Virus record (IMG/VR): IMGVR_UViG_3300010354_015978
Coordinates: 46,676-110,675 of that record
From: a virus
Direction: 5' to 3' (one strand)
DNA: 64,000 bases
Part shown: positions 26,738 to 36,570 of the stretch, one piece after another
Layout: every line of letters starts with the position of its first letter
How positions within the stretch are numbered: position 1 is the stretch's first letter
Notes under the pieces: generated by a model
What the model was told of the DNA's origin: nothing
Database searches by the model: none
The model's input: only the letters and a program-made list of their open reading frames with translations
Made by a program: the position numbers and the translations under genes

Positions 26738-27266
26738 CGGGATCGGTCACCACGCTCCAGCCCAGTCTACGTAGATCCTCTCGTATTTCATCCGTGACCG
26801 CGCCCTCGCCCACATAACCTTTGGAGCCATCTTCGTCGCCATTTCCGAGACCACTGCCTATGCCCGAGCAGTACCAGTCGATGTAGTCACCTTCCTCGCG
26901 CATGTCGGCAATGATGCCACCGGCATAGCGCCAACTGCAACTCCACTTTTCGCCCTTGAGCACCGGCCATACCTCGATGCGCTGGAAGTCATTGTTGCAC
27001 ATGGCCGCATAGAGATGCTGGCTGTATACTTCGCTGGTGCGCACCTTGTCCAAGATCCAGTCGGTGGTGCGGAGATCGTGCTCCATGTTGTTGTGCGACC
27101 ACTCAACGTCATCCTCGCTGGCGCGCTTTTTCTGCATCCAGTCCTCTTCAAAGCGTACCATGTTCTGGTAGTTTTTGTCGGTATCAGGATCGCCACCTTT
27201 TTCAATCACGCGCTCACGCAATCGATCGATGCCAAAGGTGCCCCGCTTGGGGCTACGGCTGATCAT
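26727..27266 (-). CDS. conserved phage hypothetical protein
   Basis: 179 aa; LYAAMCNN..WSCSWRYAGGI..DYIDWYCSG. Confidence 0.8.
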   Translation of the reverse strand: MISRSPKRGTFGIDRLRERVIEKGGDPDTDKNYQNMVRFEEDWMQKKRASEDDVEWSHNNMEHDLRTTDWILDKVRTSEVYSQHLYAAMCNNDFQRIEVWPVLKGEKWSCSWRYAGGIIADMREEGDYIDWYCSGIGSGLGNGDEDGSKGYVGEGAVTDEIREDLRRLGWSVVTDPDEV

Positions 27267-27502
27267 TGCAGTTTCCTTTGCTCGGAGTTTTCGTGGAAGG
27301 CATCCAGGATGCGATCCTGCTCATCGGGCGGCAGCATGTCAAATTGATCTTCTGTGAGTGGTTCGCCCAGTTCAATCAATTCTCCGTTTTCGGCCAGACG
27401 AGTCAGCTCAGCCACCATGGCATCCAGTTCTTCTTGTGTGCCTTCGAAGTTGTCAAAACAACCGGGAGCAAATTCGATCTTGAACTTTTTTTCTGTGGAC
27501 AT
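27263..27502 (-). CDS. small acidic hypothetical protein
   Basis: ATGA coupling. Confidence 0.75.
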   Translation of the reverse strand: MSTEKKFKIEFAPGCFDNFEGTQEELDAMVAELTRLAENGELIELGEPLTEDQFDMLPPDEQDRILDAFHENSEQRKLQ

Positions 27503-27518
27503 AATCGTACCTGTGAAA

Positions 27519-27594
27519 TGGTGGGCCCACTAGGATTCGAACCTAGACTCAACGGATTATGAGTCCGCTGCATTGACCGTTATGCTATAGGCCC
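27519..27594 (-). tRNA. tRNA-CAT, probably Ile2 (lysidine) type
   Basis: GGGCCTA acceptor; loop CTCATAA; CCA. Confidence 0.9.
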
Positions 27595-27613
27595 AGTGTT
27601 TGATTATACTAGG

Positions 27614-28270
27614 TCAGTGAGTCTGTGTCAACTCATCATTGAGCACTTGGTCGACCAAATCCCGCAGCAGCACATGGTGCCAACCATGATGCCAATGCCG
27701 CGGCATCCAGGAATGGTCGGCGTACCAGTCAGGCTGTGATTCGGGATGACATCCTATCAAGGTCAATCGATCCTGATGTATGGCCATGGCCTGCCCGGTC
27801 TCGTATCTAGCCACTACCTGATGTGGTCCCGAACCTACAAAGCATGCCCCGTCATAAAAGTACATGCGAGTGTCATGTCCTTGCCACGTCACTGGCATGG
27901 CCTTGGGGTGTGGTCTGCTGGTGTTGGCGACGGGCTGGCGTATGTACTGCTCCACTTCGATATCACGCAACAGGTCAAAATAATGACGTCCCGCCCAGTA
28001 GGCGCCCATGCAGATCCCGATGTAATGTCCCCCAGCAACCACAAAATTGCGTATGGCATCCGCATGATTAAACATGAGACGATCATAGGTGTCGGCGTCC
28101 CCGGTGCCGCCAGGCACCACAACAGCATCAACATCCTGCCAGAAACTTGCTTCTATTTTGTGCCGGGTAAAGATCTTGAATCTATAGTGCCCGGCCAGGG
28201 CATGCATGACTCCATTGGCGCTTTGTACAGAACACTGTGGTTGGTGTACAAATATCGCCAGAGTTTTCAT
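27614..28270 (-). CDS. BPL-N / class I glutamine amidotransferase-like protein
   Basis: VVPGG; YIGICMGAY; GCHPE. Confidence 0.85.
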   Translation of the reverse strand: MKTLAIFVHQPQCSVQSANGVMHALAGHYRFKIFTRHKIEASFWQDVDAVVVPGGTGDADTYDRLMFNHADAIRNFVVAGGHYIGICMGAYWAGRHYFDLLRDIEVEQYIRQPVANTSRPHPKAMPVTWQGHDTRMYFYDGACFVGSGPHQVVARYETGQAMAIHQDRLTLIGCHPESQPDWYADHSWMPRHWHHGWHHVLLRDLVDQVLNDELTQTH

Positions 28271-28725
28271 TATGCAGGCTTTTGTTTGGTTAGTTCACAC
28301 ATCAACAAAAAATGTTCATACGCCCGGCGCACCGATTCATGCTGCATCAATCGATCCGCTTCGGCTGACATAGCGTCCACCGCTGCCCTGGCCAGATCAT
28401 AATATGATCCGCGTCTCAGGCTCCGAGCTTCATCACCCCATACTGCGATTAGGTTCAACCAAGCCTCGTGTTCCTGGGGCGTGAGAGCCCTGCGGGGAGG
28501 TTGCACCTGATCTGCTGTATTTAAGGCCGCGCAGATGGCTTCTTCTGCTATGCGCCCGGCTGCGATCATGGCAGCGTAGTTGGGTTCTACATCGTAGCGA
28601 CGGCTCTGCCCCCCGGGGTAGCACATCACGAGATGCGCACCTTGCGGGAAACTGTCTAAAACGTCGTTGTCGTATTCGGCGCAGGGCACATAGCGGCGCC
28701 CCACTTTCTTATAGAGAGTTGCCAT
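28270..28725 (-). CDS. hypothetical protein (start MATLYKK)
   Basis: TAATG coupling downstream; AGGA RBS. Confidence 0.75.
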   Translation of the reverse strand: MATLYKKVGRRYVPCAEYDNDVLDSFPQGAHLVMCYPGGQSRRYDVEPNYAAMIAAGRIAEEAICAALNTADQVQPPRRALTPQEHEAWLNLIAVWGDEARSLRRGSYYDLARAAVDAMSAEADRLMQHESVRRAYEHFLLMCELTKQKPA

Positions 28726-28945
28726 GCTGGATCCTTCCAATAATGGCTTGCGCATCCGAAAAATCCGTTATCTCTTGCTGGTCCATGTATTCCATGATCA
28801 TGACATCCACCAGGGCTTGGGCTGTGGGTCGCACACGCGGCGGCAGTGCCTGCATCCAGGCTCGCAGTTCGTCGATGCCGTCAAGGCTCCAAATATGGTC
28901 GCAGAGCTCGCGTTGTAGCGGTGTGAGGTTGGTGAGTGTGATCAT
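28709..28945 (-). CDS. hypothetical protein
   Basis: ATGA coupling. Confidence 0.7.
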   Translation of the reverse strand: MITLTNLTPLQRELCDHIWSLDGIDELRAWMQALPPRVRPTAQALVDVMIMEYMDQQEITDFSDAQAIIGRIQHGNSL

Positions 28946-29232
28946 GATTTCTGGGACAGTTGTTTCATAAGATAAGCCTGCTCGCTCTTGATACGGCGTT
29001 CTTCTAAGGACGCCAAATACCGCGTTTTGCCATCCCCATCGAGTTGGTTGATGGCCCCGGCCAGCATGGCCATCAGGGTGCCTGTGGCATAAGGGTAGCC
29101 ATCCACTCCGTGAATGGTGGTTTTGTTTTCTTTTAGCACCGCAGACACCATGTCATCGATGGCACGACTGATCTGGGCATAGGTGATCTCGGGTTGGGCC
29201 AGTCTATCGGTCAGCATGCGTTTTTTCCTCAT
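28942..29232 (-). CDS. hypothetical protein
   Basis: operon packing; start uncertain. Confidence 0.65.
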   Translation of the reverse strand: MRKKRMLTDRLAQPEITYAQISRAIDDMVSAVLKENKTTIHGVDGYPYATGTLMAMLAGAINQLDGDGKTRYLASLEERRIKSEQAYLMKQLSQKS

Positions 29233-29233
29233 G

Positions 29234-29398
29234 TCAGTAGTGCTGGGCCCAATGCACAAACTCGATCATGTCCGAGTCTACTTTGCCAAAGATCACGCGC
29301 TCCACTTCGTCCAAGGGCACATTGAGACGATGGGCGATTTGGTATTGATCCAGTCCCTGACCACGCAGATCCTTGATCTTTTGTTCGGTTTCGGTCAT
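29234..29398 (-). CDS. small HTH-like protein
   Basis: GLDQYQIAHRLNVPLDEVERV. Confidence 0.6.
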   Translation of the reverse strand: MTETEQKIKDLRGQGLDQYQIAHRLNVPLDEVERVIFGKVDSDMIEFVHWAQHY

Positions 29399-29565
29399 AC
29401 CATGTGCCTCTCGTTGTGATCTTGATACCACATCCGGAGTTCTTCCTCCAGGCGCTTGACTTCGTCAAAGTTCTGGGCGCGTCCCAGCATCTCCACAAAG
29501 TTTCGCAAGGTAGTAAGTTCCACACGGGTACCAATGGGCATCACTTCAAAGTCATTGCTAGGCAT
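29395..29565 (-). CDS. 56-aa hypothetical protein MPSNDFEVMPIG... (not in ORF track)
   Basis: GGAG RBS; ATGA coupling. Confidence 0.65.
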   Translation of the reverse strand: MPSNDFEVMPIGTRVELTTLRNFVEMLGRAQNFDEVKRLEEELRMWYQDHNERHMV

Positions 29566-29824
29566 TGTTTCTCTCCTTGTTGATTTTGAGATAGTACATG
29601 GTCAAATCACTATCGGGCTCCAACCTCAACACACGTTCCGGCAGGCATCGATTGGTCCAGTTGTAGCGATGATCACGATGGCTCCATGCCACCTTGATCA
29701 CACGCGCACAGATCTTTTCCACGCGCCCCACGCAGACATGACTGGCTCGCGCATAGGCCACGTAGTCACCTGCTACCAGGGGTCTTCCCATCATATCTTG
29801 TGCTAATAATGCAGACTGCATCAT
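29558..29824 (-). CDS. hypothetical protein (SH3-like beta barrel)
   Basis: D.MGRPLVAGDYVAY. Confidence 0.65.
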   Translation of the reverse strand: MMQSALLAQDMMGRPLVAGDYVAYARASHVCVGRVEKICARVIKVAWSHRDHRYNWTNRCLPERVLRLEPDSDLTMYYLKINKERNNA

Positions 29825-30159
29825 GCTGTCTCCCACTCTACTTCGTCCAGAAACTGGATGTGTTCACTGCCGTCGTACTCTTGCACGACGAACTTCCTGC
29901 CCTGATCAATCCACACCACTTCAAGACCCTCCACACTGATGTAGGCATCGGGGTACTTGATGGCACAGATCTCCTGTGCCTTGACGTAGACATCATCAAA
30001 GTTGGTTTCGTTGAGCAAAAGATCAACCACCTGGGCATCATACAGCATGCCGGGGTAACTTTTGTTCCAGGTGCTCCAGCCCGCACCAAAGCCCCGGCTG
30101 ATCAACACCGCGACCTTGCCGTCACGGTACACGCGGGAGGTTGGTGGTGCTTGATTCAT
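29821..30159 (-). CDS. conserved phage hypothetical protein
   Basis: VAVLISRGFGAGWSTW...EYDGSE. Confidence 0.8.
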   Translation of the reverse strand: MNQAPPTSRVYRDGKVAVLISRGFGAGWSTWNKSYPGMLYDAQVVDLLLNETNFDDVYVKAQEICAIKYPDAYISVEGLEVVWIDQGRKFVVQEYDGSEHIQFLDEVEWETA

Positions 30160-30446
30160 CGCGCCCCTCGATATATTTCTTTCATGACATGCTCAAATAC
30201 CTTGGCAGTGTCACTGGTGCAGTACAACGCAAAGTCCGTGATCAATGCCGTAAAGCCGGCCCTCATGGTATCTAGATCATCGCCACGATTGAACAACAGA
30301 GTGACCCGTTTGTTCATGGTATCGGCCACCTTGTCCATGATCACGCGACTGTGGGTGTTGGTGCCCAGTTTCCATTGCTCGGGACTGAGATTCACGCTCA
30401 CGGTGGTACGGATAACGATATTGGGATGCGGCTTATAGATGTTCAA
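30156..30446 (-). CDS. hypothetical protein
   Basis: coupled on both sides. Confidence 0.65.
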   Translation of the reverse strand: MNIYKPHPNIVIRTTVSVNLSPEQWKLGTNTHSRVIMDKVADTMNKRVTLLFNRGDDLDTMRAGFTALITDFALYCTSDTAKVFEHVMKEIYRGAR

Positions 30447-30790
30447 ACACTTGCCCTCTTTTCACGGACGTCGCTGTTGAGATTGGGACGCAGGTCCCGT
30501 ATCAATTCTCGCTCACGAGCATGCGCCTCTCGCTTGCCGCGTATCACTTCCAGGATGCGGAACTGGAATGCTCCGGTGCCGCGCTCGCGCATGGCTTCGT
30601 ACAGCAACCAAGACTTGTCTTCAGTGCGGCTGCGATAGATGTGCTTGTTGATGCGGGTCTTCACGCTCTTGAGCACCGTGCTTTCAGTCTTTGCGGTGAC
30701 ACCAATGTAGAAATCGCGACCGCTGTCAATCTGGTATATGATATGAGTGCGGTCTGCGCGTCGCTTGCGGGGTGACTTTTTAGCATCCAT
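30443..30790 (-). CDS. GIY-YIG nuclease family protein
   Basis: HIIY...FYIGVT...R..KH...E..LI..LRPNLN; leaderless after a promoter. Confidence 0.85.
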   Translation of the reverse strand: MDAKKSPRKRRADRTHIIYQIDSGRDFYIGVTAKTESTVLKSVKTRINKHIYRSRTEDKSWLLYEAMRERGTGAFQFRILEVIRGKREAHARERELIRDLRPNLNSDVREKRASV

Positions 30791-30796
30791 GTTCGT

Positions 30797-30825
30797 AGTA
30801 TACGACGCCTGGGGTAAGCAGTCAA
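30797..30825 (-). promoter_or_regulatory. sigma70 promoter
   Basis: TTGACT-17-TATACT; ATG at the predicted +1. Confidence 0.8.
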
Positions 30826-30880
30826 CCAGAATAATCCATTAGAAATCAATGACTTACAGGCGACGTAAGTCATTGATTTT
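30821..30880. repeat. AATCAATGACTTA palindromic element, copy 3
   Basis: aaatcaatgacttac-N7-gtaagtcattgattt. Confidence 0.85.
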
Positions 30881-30914
30881 ATTAGGGCCCTATTTGTGGC
30901 TTTTTCGCAACAGA

Positions 30915-31268
30915 TCAGCGTTGGCAGATCTGCTGATAATGCGTGAGATTTCCCCAGTAATCATACACCGGGATCTTGTGGCACACCAAGGGGCGCACAT
31001 ACTCGGGGTAGGGATAGGGGTAGTTGGGCGGGGGGTAGGGTGCAGGGCGATACACCACCGGGGGCGGCACACCGATGACCACGCTCACAGGCGGGTAGTG
31101 CCGATGCCCGTGATGCCCGTGATCGTGCCCACGATCACGGCTGAGTTGATACCCAATCACGGCGCCCACTAGAGCGCCCACCACGGCCCTGTCATCGGCC
31201 TGTGCAGCAGGGGCAAACCCCGCCGCTGCCAACGACAGCGCGATCACAGCAACTAGTGTCTTTTTCAT
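30915..31268 (-). CDS. secreted glycine-zipper/Pro-Tyr-rich protein
   Basis: signal peptide ending AQA; VGALVGAVIG. Confidence 0.8.
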   Translation of the reverse strand: MKKTLVAVIALSLAAAGFAPAAQADDRAVVGALVGAVIGYQLSRDRGHDHGHHGHRHYPPVSVVIGVPPPVVYRPAPYPPPNYPYPYPEYVRPLVCHKIPVYDYWGNLTHYQQICQR

Positions 31269-31352
31269 GTCAGTTCCTCGGGGAAATGCCCCATTACAAT
31301 ATCATGATAACACAGGTGCATTTTGATGTCAACCTGTGCTAGACCCTGTAAA

Positions 31353-31748
31353 TCACTGCAGGGTAACGCCCTCACAGGCGCTTTCTATCAGGGCCACCGC
31401 GATCGTGCTGAGTTCAGCACAATGCTGCCTATGTGCTTCGTGACTGCTGTCCCACCAAGCGTCAAAATTGCCGCTGTGCAGCGACACCCACATTTCCATG
31501 AGCGCAACAAAGTCATCTGCGCCCAAATTCTCCAACAATAGATGCCCAGCGTCATCCAGTCCATCCACCATGTCATTCACGGTTTGGTAACTGTAGATCT
31601 CGCCATCTGTGTGCAGAACTCTGTACATCCGATTTCCTCGGTGATTTATAGTATGTATAACATAACACGAAAAACCCCGGCTCGTCAATGCATCTAAACC
31701 AAACTCATTTAGATGCATGGTTGGGCTGTGTAAGTCATTGATTTTCAA
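31353..31748 (-). CDS. hypothetical protein (start uncertain)
   Basis: 131 aa ORF; 5' end overlaps a repeat half-site. Confidence 0.55.
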   Translation of the reverse strand: MKINDLHSPTMHLNEFGLDALTSRGFSCYVIHTINHRGNRMYRVLHTDGEIYSYQTVNDMVDGLDDAGHLLLENLGADDFVALMEMWVSLHSGNFDAWWDSSHEAHRQHCAELSTIAVALIESACEGVTLQ

Positions 31749-31754
31749 AGGATT

Positions 31755-32117
31755 TCAGTGTTTGCCCACGTTGCGCAACCAATTTTCCACGTCGCCGTAC
31801 AGCGTGGCCATCATGGCTTCCCGGGTGCTGAACAACACCAGGCGCCGTGCCCGGCGATCCAGATAGTAGGGCCATTCCAGTTTGCGATCCAGATCCAGCA
31901 GCATGGCCTGTGTGAGGTTGCGGCTGTCCAGTTCCACCTGCCAGCTCACGATGGCCGCTGCGCACAAGGCTTGGTATCCAGTCTCGGTGAGGCGGTAACC
32001 ACCATCACGGCGGATGTTCTGATACCATGTTTTCATGGCACGTTCCAATGTGATGTTGTTGCCGCCTGGCAGCAGGTCCAGGATTACCTGCGTGATGTCA
32101 CGCCGGCTTTTCGCCAC
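31755..32117 (-). CDS. hypothetical protein
   Basis: operon packing. Confidence 0.75.
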   Translation of the reverse strand: MAKSRRDITQVILDLLPGGNNITLERAMKTWYQNIRRDGGYRLTETGYQALCAAAIVSWQVELDSRNLTQAMLLDLDRKLEWPYYLDRRARRLVLFSTREAMMATLYGDVENWLRNVGKH

Positions 32118-32403
32118 GGTACACTACCTGACCTTCCCGGAGCAGCACCACGCTGAACTTGTCGGTCTTGAACTGGTGGTTGAGCTTGCGAGCCAGATTG
32201 ATGGCGTGTCCGGAATTGCTGAAAGACACCTTCTTGTACTTGGGGCCGGGATACTGTACCAGCATGTTGGCGGTCTTGAGGTTGATGGGTGCGCCATCAT
32301 AGAAAACCGCGTAGATGCCCGTGGCTGCCAAGACCTGCTCGGTGCGATAGGTTTGGCGATCTGTGATCTCGGCCAGGATTTTGGGTTTGGGTCTGCTCAT
32401 CAA
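32098..32403 (-). CDS. conserved phage hypothetical protein
   Basis: GGAG RBS; ATAAATA upstream. Confidence 0.8.
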   Translation of the reverse strand: MMSRPKPKILAEITDRQTYRTEQVLAATGIYAVFYDGAPINLKTANMLVQYPGPKYKKVSFSNSGHAINLARKLNHQFKTDKFSVVLLREGQVVYRGEKPA

Positions 32404-32438
32404 TATCTCCTATGATATTTATCATAGGAAACACCGAT

Positions 32439-32645
32439 TTAGAACGACCCGCCCTGGATTTCCACTTGCAATACCTCTGCGGCCTGCGGTTTTTGGGCCG
32501 TTGTGCGCAGTTCTTCCACTATCAAGAGCAGGCGCGTGATATCGGCATGGAGATCACGGGCTTCACCCAGGGTCATCATGACATCTCGTGTCTGTCGTGC
32601 TTCTGCGCTCTTGATGCGGTCAATGAAGCGATTGATGTGGATCAT
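32439..32645 (-). CDS. hypothetical protein
   Basis: ATGA coupling. Confidence 0.7.
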   Translation of the reverse strand: MIHINRFIDRIKSAEARQTRDVMMTLGEARDLHADITRLLLIVEELRTTAQKPQAAEVLQVEIQGGSF

Positions 32646-33091
32646 GAGCGTCGTGCCTCGTCCGCGGACATGAACGGGCCCTGATATTCATAGCGTTGCA
32701 GCAGGATCAATTTGGGGCAAAACATCACGCGCCAATCACGCCCATTGCGACGCACACGGTACCAACCTGCGGCCAACCAGGATCGGCTGCGCGGTTCTGT
32801 AGTCCACAGGGGCAGTTGATGCTTGACATCAAACATGGCGTTGTGCGCGGTGCCCTTGGTGGGGTAGCCATGCACCGATCTAGGATCTGCTTCGGGTGCC
32901 TGACGCTCGGCGGTTTCAAATTCTACATCGCCCAGTCTCTGGCGCAACATGCTGAGCGTGGTGACTTCCACAGTGTCACCATAGAGGTTCACAGCATAAC
33001 CACCTGTGGTGGCTTCGATATTGCCGATCTTGCGATCCTGATCTCGCAAGATCCAGTACTGGTCGGGTATCACGGCTTTGGCTTTGATCAT
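32642..33091 (-). CDS. hypothetical protein (start MIKAKAV)
   Basis: GGAG RBS; ATGA coupling. Confidence 0.75.
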   Translation of the reverse strand: MIKAKAVIPDQYWILRDQDRKIGNIEATTGGYAVNLYGDTVEVTTLSMLRQRLGDVEFETAERQAPEADPRSVHGYPTKGTAHNAMFDVKHQLPLWTTEPRSRSWLAAGWYRVRRNGRDWRVMFCPKLILLQRYEYQGPFMSADEARRS

Positions 33092-34101
33092 GTTGTCTCC
33101 TGGTCTCTTAAATGTCCCGCGTAGGGACTGTTCAGCCACCGGGCAAACACTTCGGCCTGCTCGCTGATTTTGTTGAGTTCAAAACGTCCGCAAAATCGCA
33201 TGAAGTGTACACCTACCTGGGGCTGGATACCAACTCGCACGTTGTCGTGGATGGCAGCGTCTACCGCGGCCTTGACATCGCTGGGCTGGGCAGTAAGGTC
33301 TACCAGTTGCCGATTGCGATGATAATCATCCAAGACTCTGTGCTCTTGTCCTTCGTGATCGGTCCAGCGGCTCAGCATGAGATTGTTCCAAGCATAACCC
33401 TGTCGTTCACGATCTGCAAAGGCTTCCTGCAATCCCACGCGATTCTTGGTGCCCTTGACCCTCACACCGGGATAGGCCGAGAACACATTGTCAGTGGGAT
33501 CACCCCTCATGCACTTCTCAAACAACAACCACTGGGGGTCAGGAGTGGTCTTGGGCTGCTGGGTTTTCTTGTCTAGTACCGGCTGATTCTTGGCATCAAA
33601 TATGCCCTGTATGGTCAGCAGTTCATCTGTGATGCCGTTGTATTGCTGTACGTTGGGTGCCAACAGTTGAACGAAGTCAGTGTCGCTGGACACAATAATG
33701 TGTTCATCGCCGGGGTGTAAAGCGATCCAGCGGGCAATGACATCGTCCGCTTCGGCCCGTTCGTGCCTGATCACGGAGCAGTTGGTGTGCTCCAACAAGT
33801 ATTTAGTCAAGTGATCGTAGGTTTCCCAGAACACCTGCTCTTCTTCACGCTCTTTTTCTGTCAGTGCAGCACGGTTTTCTGCACGATTGCGCTTGTAGGG
33901 CGGATATACATCCTTGCGCCAACTGCGTCCCTCCAGGGCAAATACCACGTGATCCGCAGGGAATCTACGGTATACCTTGTTGATGCTGCTGAGCGTGATG
34001 TGCAGGGCGTAGCCAACTTTCTCCCATGTGTCAGCAGCCCGGAAAGCCGCGTGACGGGCACGGAAGAACACATTGGCTGTGTCCATGAGAAGATATCGCA
34101 T
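33088..34101 (-). CDS. T4 RNase H-like 5'-3' exonuclease / flap endonuclease
   Basis: LLMD; WRKDVYPPYKRNR; EADDVI; SSDTDFVQL; GDPTDNV. Confidence 0.93.
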   Translation of the reverse strand: MRYLLMDTANVFFRARHAAFRAADTWEKVGYALHITLSSINKVYRRFPADHVVFALEGRSWRKDVYPPYKRNRAENRAALTEKEREEEQVFWETYDHLTKYLLEHTNCSVIRHERAEADDVIARWIALHPGDEHIIVSSDTDFVQLLAPNVQQYNGITDELLTIQGIFDAKNQPVLDKKTQQPKTTPDPQWLLFEKCMRGDPTDNVFSAYPGVRVKGTKNRVGLQEAFADRERQGYAWNNLMLSRWTDHEGQEHRVLDDYHRNRQLVDLTAQPSDVKAAVDAAIHDNVRVGIQPQVGVHFMRFCGRFELNKISEQAEVFARWLNSPYAGHLRDQETT

Positions 34102-34106
34102 CGAGA

Positions 34107-34820
34107 TTACACCAGTAGTTCGTTATCTATGATGTAGTTTAACATGAAATTGGCCCAGGCCGCATGGGCTTCTTGTCCGAAATGCCAAGATTCGGGCGAA
34201 ACAGTCCTGAAGCGATTGCGTTTTAGATATGCGTCGTAGGTAAAGTCTGGGCTGTAGGGCATGATGTAGTTCACGCCCCAGTCTCGCCGCTGGCTCTGCA
34301 CAATGTCACCAAAATGATTGTTGCCGTTGAAAAACACATGGCGCACATTTTGGGCCCGGAGTTCCAAATGCAGTTGCCAGATGTCTTCGTGTGCGCGTCG
34401 TGCGCAGTCACGATAATCCATGTCAGCAACCCACTGACGATAGCGTTTGTGATGTTTGGCGGGGACATCATCTGTGCCCGAGGCTGTGACCTGATAACTC
34501 ACACCATCGATCCACCATTCTTCACGCTCCCAAGTGCTCCACTGGATCACTATCAAGGTCTCGGGCAACCAGGACTGATTGCGTGACAGCCACTCGCGCG
34601 TGGTGCGCAGTATACGGGCATTGCTGCTGGCCGACTCAGCGTCGGTGTGCAACACTGCCTTGATGTTTTCGCTGAGTCTCTTGGCCCAACTCACTTGCCA
34701 GTTATCGGGATGCGGTGCTCGCTTCATGTAGTTGAAGCGCGGATCATCCTCGGCAAAGGCATGTGGATTTACTGCTTCAGCGGCAGCAGCGTGGCTGTCA
34801 CCGTTGACGTAGAGTTTCAT
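34107..34820 (-). CDS. SGNH/GDSL-like protein
   Basis: NGDSH; SSNARI; QWS; WHFG..AH. Confidence 0.75.
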   Translation of the reverse strand: MKLYVNGDSHAAAAEAVNPHAFAEDDPRFNYMKRAPHPDNWQVSWAKRLSENIKAVLHTDAESASSNARILRTTREWLSRNQSWLPETLIVIQWSTWEREEWWIDGVSYQVTASGTDDVPAKHHKRYRQWVADMDYRDCARRAHEDIWQLHLELRAQNVRHVFFNGNNHFGDIVQSQRRDWGVNYIMPYSPDFTYDAYLKRNRFRTVSPESWHFGQEAHAAWANFMLNYIIDNELLV

Positions 34821-35290
34821 GGCCGTGTGACCTTTTCGGCTTCGGCTGCTGCCACGCGCTTGCGCAGACTGCTGCTGCTGAACGAGTGATCTCGACCGTT
34901 GTAGATGATGTCAATGCCGCGCTGAAAACATTCGTCGCGACCAGAAAAATCTTTGTTTTCGTATTCCACGCCCAGGATGCGCACATCCAGGGGCAGGATC
35001 AACAGCAGGTCTATAAGATCGCGTTCGGTCTCGTACACCACCACCTCGTCCACGTAGCGACAAGCCGCTAACTGTATCTGTCGCTCCACGATGCTCTGCA
35101 CGGGATGATTCTTGGTGTCGGGACGATCTATAGTGGGGTCGGTTTGTAGACCGGCAATGAGATAATCGCAGTGATTCTTGGCTTCGCTCAGCATGGCTAT
35201 GTGGCCAGCATGCAGCATGTCAAAGGTGCTGAACGTGATGCCGATCTTCTTGCCATCGGCCTTGAGCTGTTTGACATGATTGAAAATCAT
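34817..35290 (-). CDS. cytidylyltransferase (TagD-like)
   Basis: STFDMLHAGH; YVDEVVVY; RDHSFSSS. Confidence 0.92.
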   Translation of the reverse strand: MIFNHVKQLKADGKKIGITFSTFDMLHAGHIAMLSEAKNHCDYLIAGLQTDPTIDRPDTKNHPVQSIVERQIQLAACRYVDEVVVYETERDLIDLLLILPLDVRILGVEYENKDFSGRDECFQRGIDIIYNGRDHSFSSSSLRKRVAAAEAEKVTRP

Positions 35291-35480
35291 GCGACCTCCC
35301 GGAACATTTGTCGCCGGCCTTCTTCACCCAAGACAGCATCAAAGATTTCTCGGGTGCGCTGCATCATGGCACAGGCCAGCATGAGCTGATCATGGCTATT
35401 CATGCACTCCATGATCTGCCGGTCCACCGGCACCATGAGTTGTTCCATGCGTGTTTTTACTGCGTCGTCTGTCATGTCAT
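35287..35480 (-). CDS. hypothetical protein (start MTDDAV region)
   Basis: GAGG RBS; coupled on both sides. Confidence 0.65.
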
Positions 35481-36157
35481 TACCTCTTGACCAGCACTCC
35501 CTGTAGTGAAGTGGCCTGTGCAAATTGTTCTATACCGGTTTGGAAAATACCAGGACTTAAATTGTCATTGATCAACTGTGCTAATTTTTGGTGATTTGCC
35601 GGCATCAAATGTCCCGTCCTAGCATCCAAATAGTGATCATGCCAAGCTCGACATGCATCGTCACTATCGAACAATGGTCTGATCTCCCAACAAGATACGT
35701 CGTACAAGTTGAATTGTAACTTCAAAGGAGGAAAAAAACAAGGGATCACCATGACGTTTGGCCAGGTGCGCATGACATGATGTATAACGGCAGCATTGAC
35801 AAAGTTGTCTTGCTCTACGTCTACCAGTTCCATGTAGTAGTCGCGATACACTTGCTGTTTGCGTTGCACTCTAGAATCTTTGCTGACAATAGGTTCAGTC
35901 ACGCGCCAATGTTGCCAGGTTCGTGGCCATGGTGGACCATAAGGAGTTGGAAAACTCAGTCGCCCTGGCATGGTAGCGCACCATATGGCCAACTCGTAGT
36001 TTGCTGCATGCTCCTGCAGTCGCTCCACGCTGAACATGATGCTGCTGCCAGGTTCGCCATGGCAGGTCACGTCGTGCCCTAGATCAGCCAGATACCTCCA
36101 CCAAATTGGAGTTTGGTCAGCGTGGGCATAACTGTCGCCAAAGACCCCAATCTTCAA
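35480..36157 (-). CDS. SGNH/GDSL-like protein (TTG start)
   Basis: IGVFGDSY; PGSS; RTGHL; TTGA overlap with the upstream stop. Confidence 0.72.
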   Translation of the reverse strand: MKIGVFGDSYAHADQTPIWWRYLADLGHDVTCHGEPGSSIMFSVERLQEHAANYELAIWCATMPGRLSFPTPYGPPWPRTWQHWRVTEPIVSKDSRVQRKQQVYRDYYMELVDVEQDNFVNAAVIHHVMRTWPNVMVIPCFFPPLKLQFNLYDVSCWEIRPLFDSDDACRAWHDHYLDARTGHLMPANHQKLAQLINDNLSPGIFQTGIEQFAQATSLQGVLVKR

Positions 36158-36560
36158 CTGTGTTCTCTCCGTCCTCCGCCGATGTCGCGACTGCGAGTGT
36201 AGCGCACCTGTGGATTCATGGCCTGTTCTTGTTCCCAGGTTTCTAGCACACGTTGCGACAAACATTCTGGAACCAACGATCCACGATGTCGGCATCAGTA
36301 TCTCTGGGATCCTTTTGATATCCAGCGCGTACAAGATTGGCCACGAACTTGTCATTCCAATCTAGTTCAAACGCACCAGAGTTGATGTCCTCGGGATCAA
36401 TGTCCATGCTGATAACTGTGATATAGGGTTCACCGCGCTCGTTGGCCAATTCTTTTTCGGTCTTCTCAGGCGGCTTGGGCGGTTCAGGACGAGGTTCAGC
36501 AGCAGCTCGGGGCTTGACCGGCTTGCGTCCAATATTGAGTAGTTTGTTCCAAAGTTTCAT
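36154..36560 (-). CDS. hypothetical protein with apparent 1-nt frameshift near 36247
   Basis: alternative frame continues LETWEQEQAMNPQVRYTRSRDIGGGRREHS* and couples to the next gene. Confidence 0.6.
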
Positions 36561-36570
36561 GTGGTGTACC

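Noticed and set aside
30443-30790. Mobile homing endonuclease or intron
   Set aside because: Short stand-alone GIY-YIG domain with its own promoter, no DNA-binding extension and no interrupted host gene.
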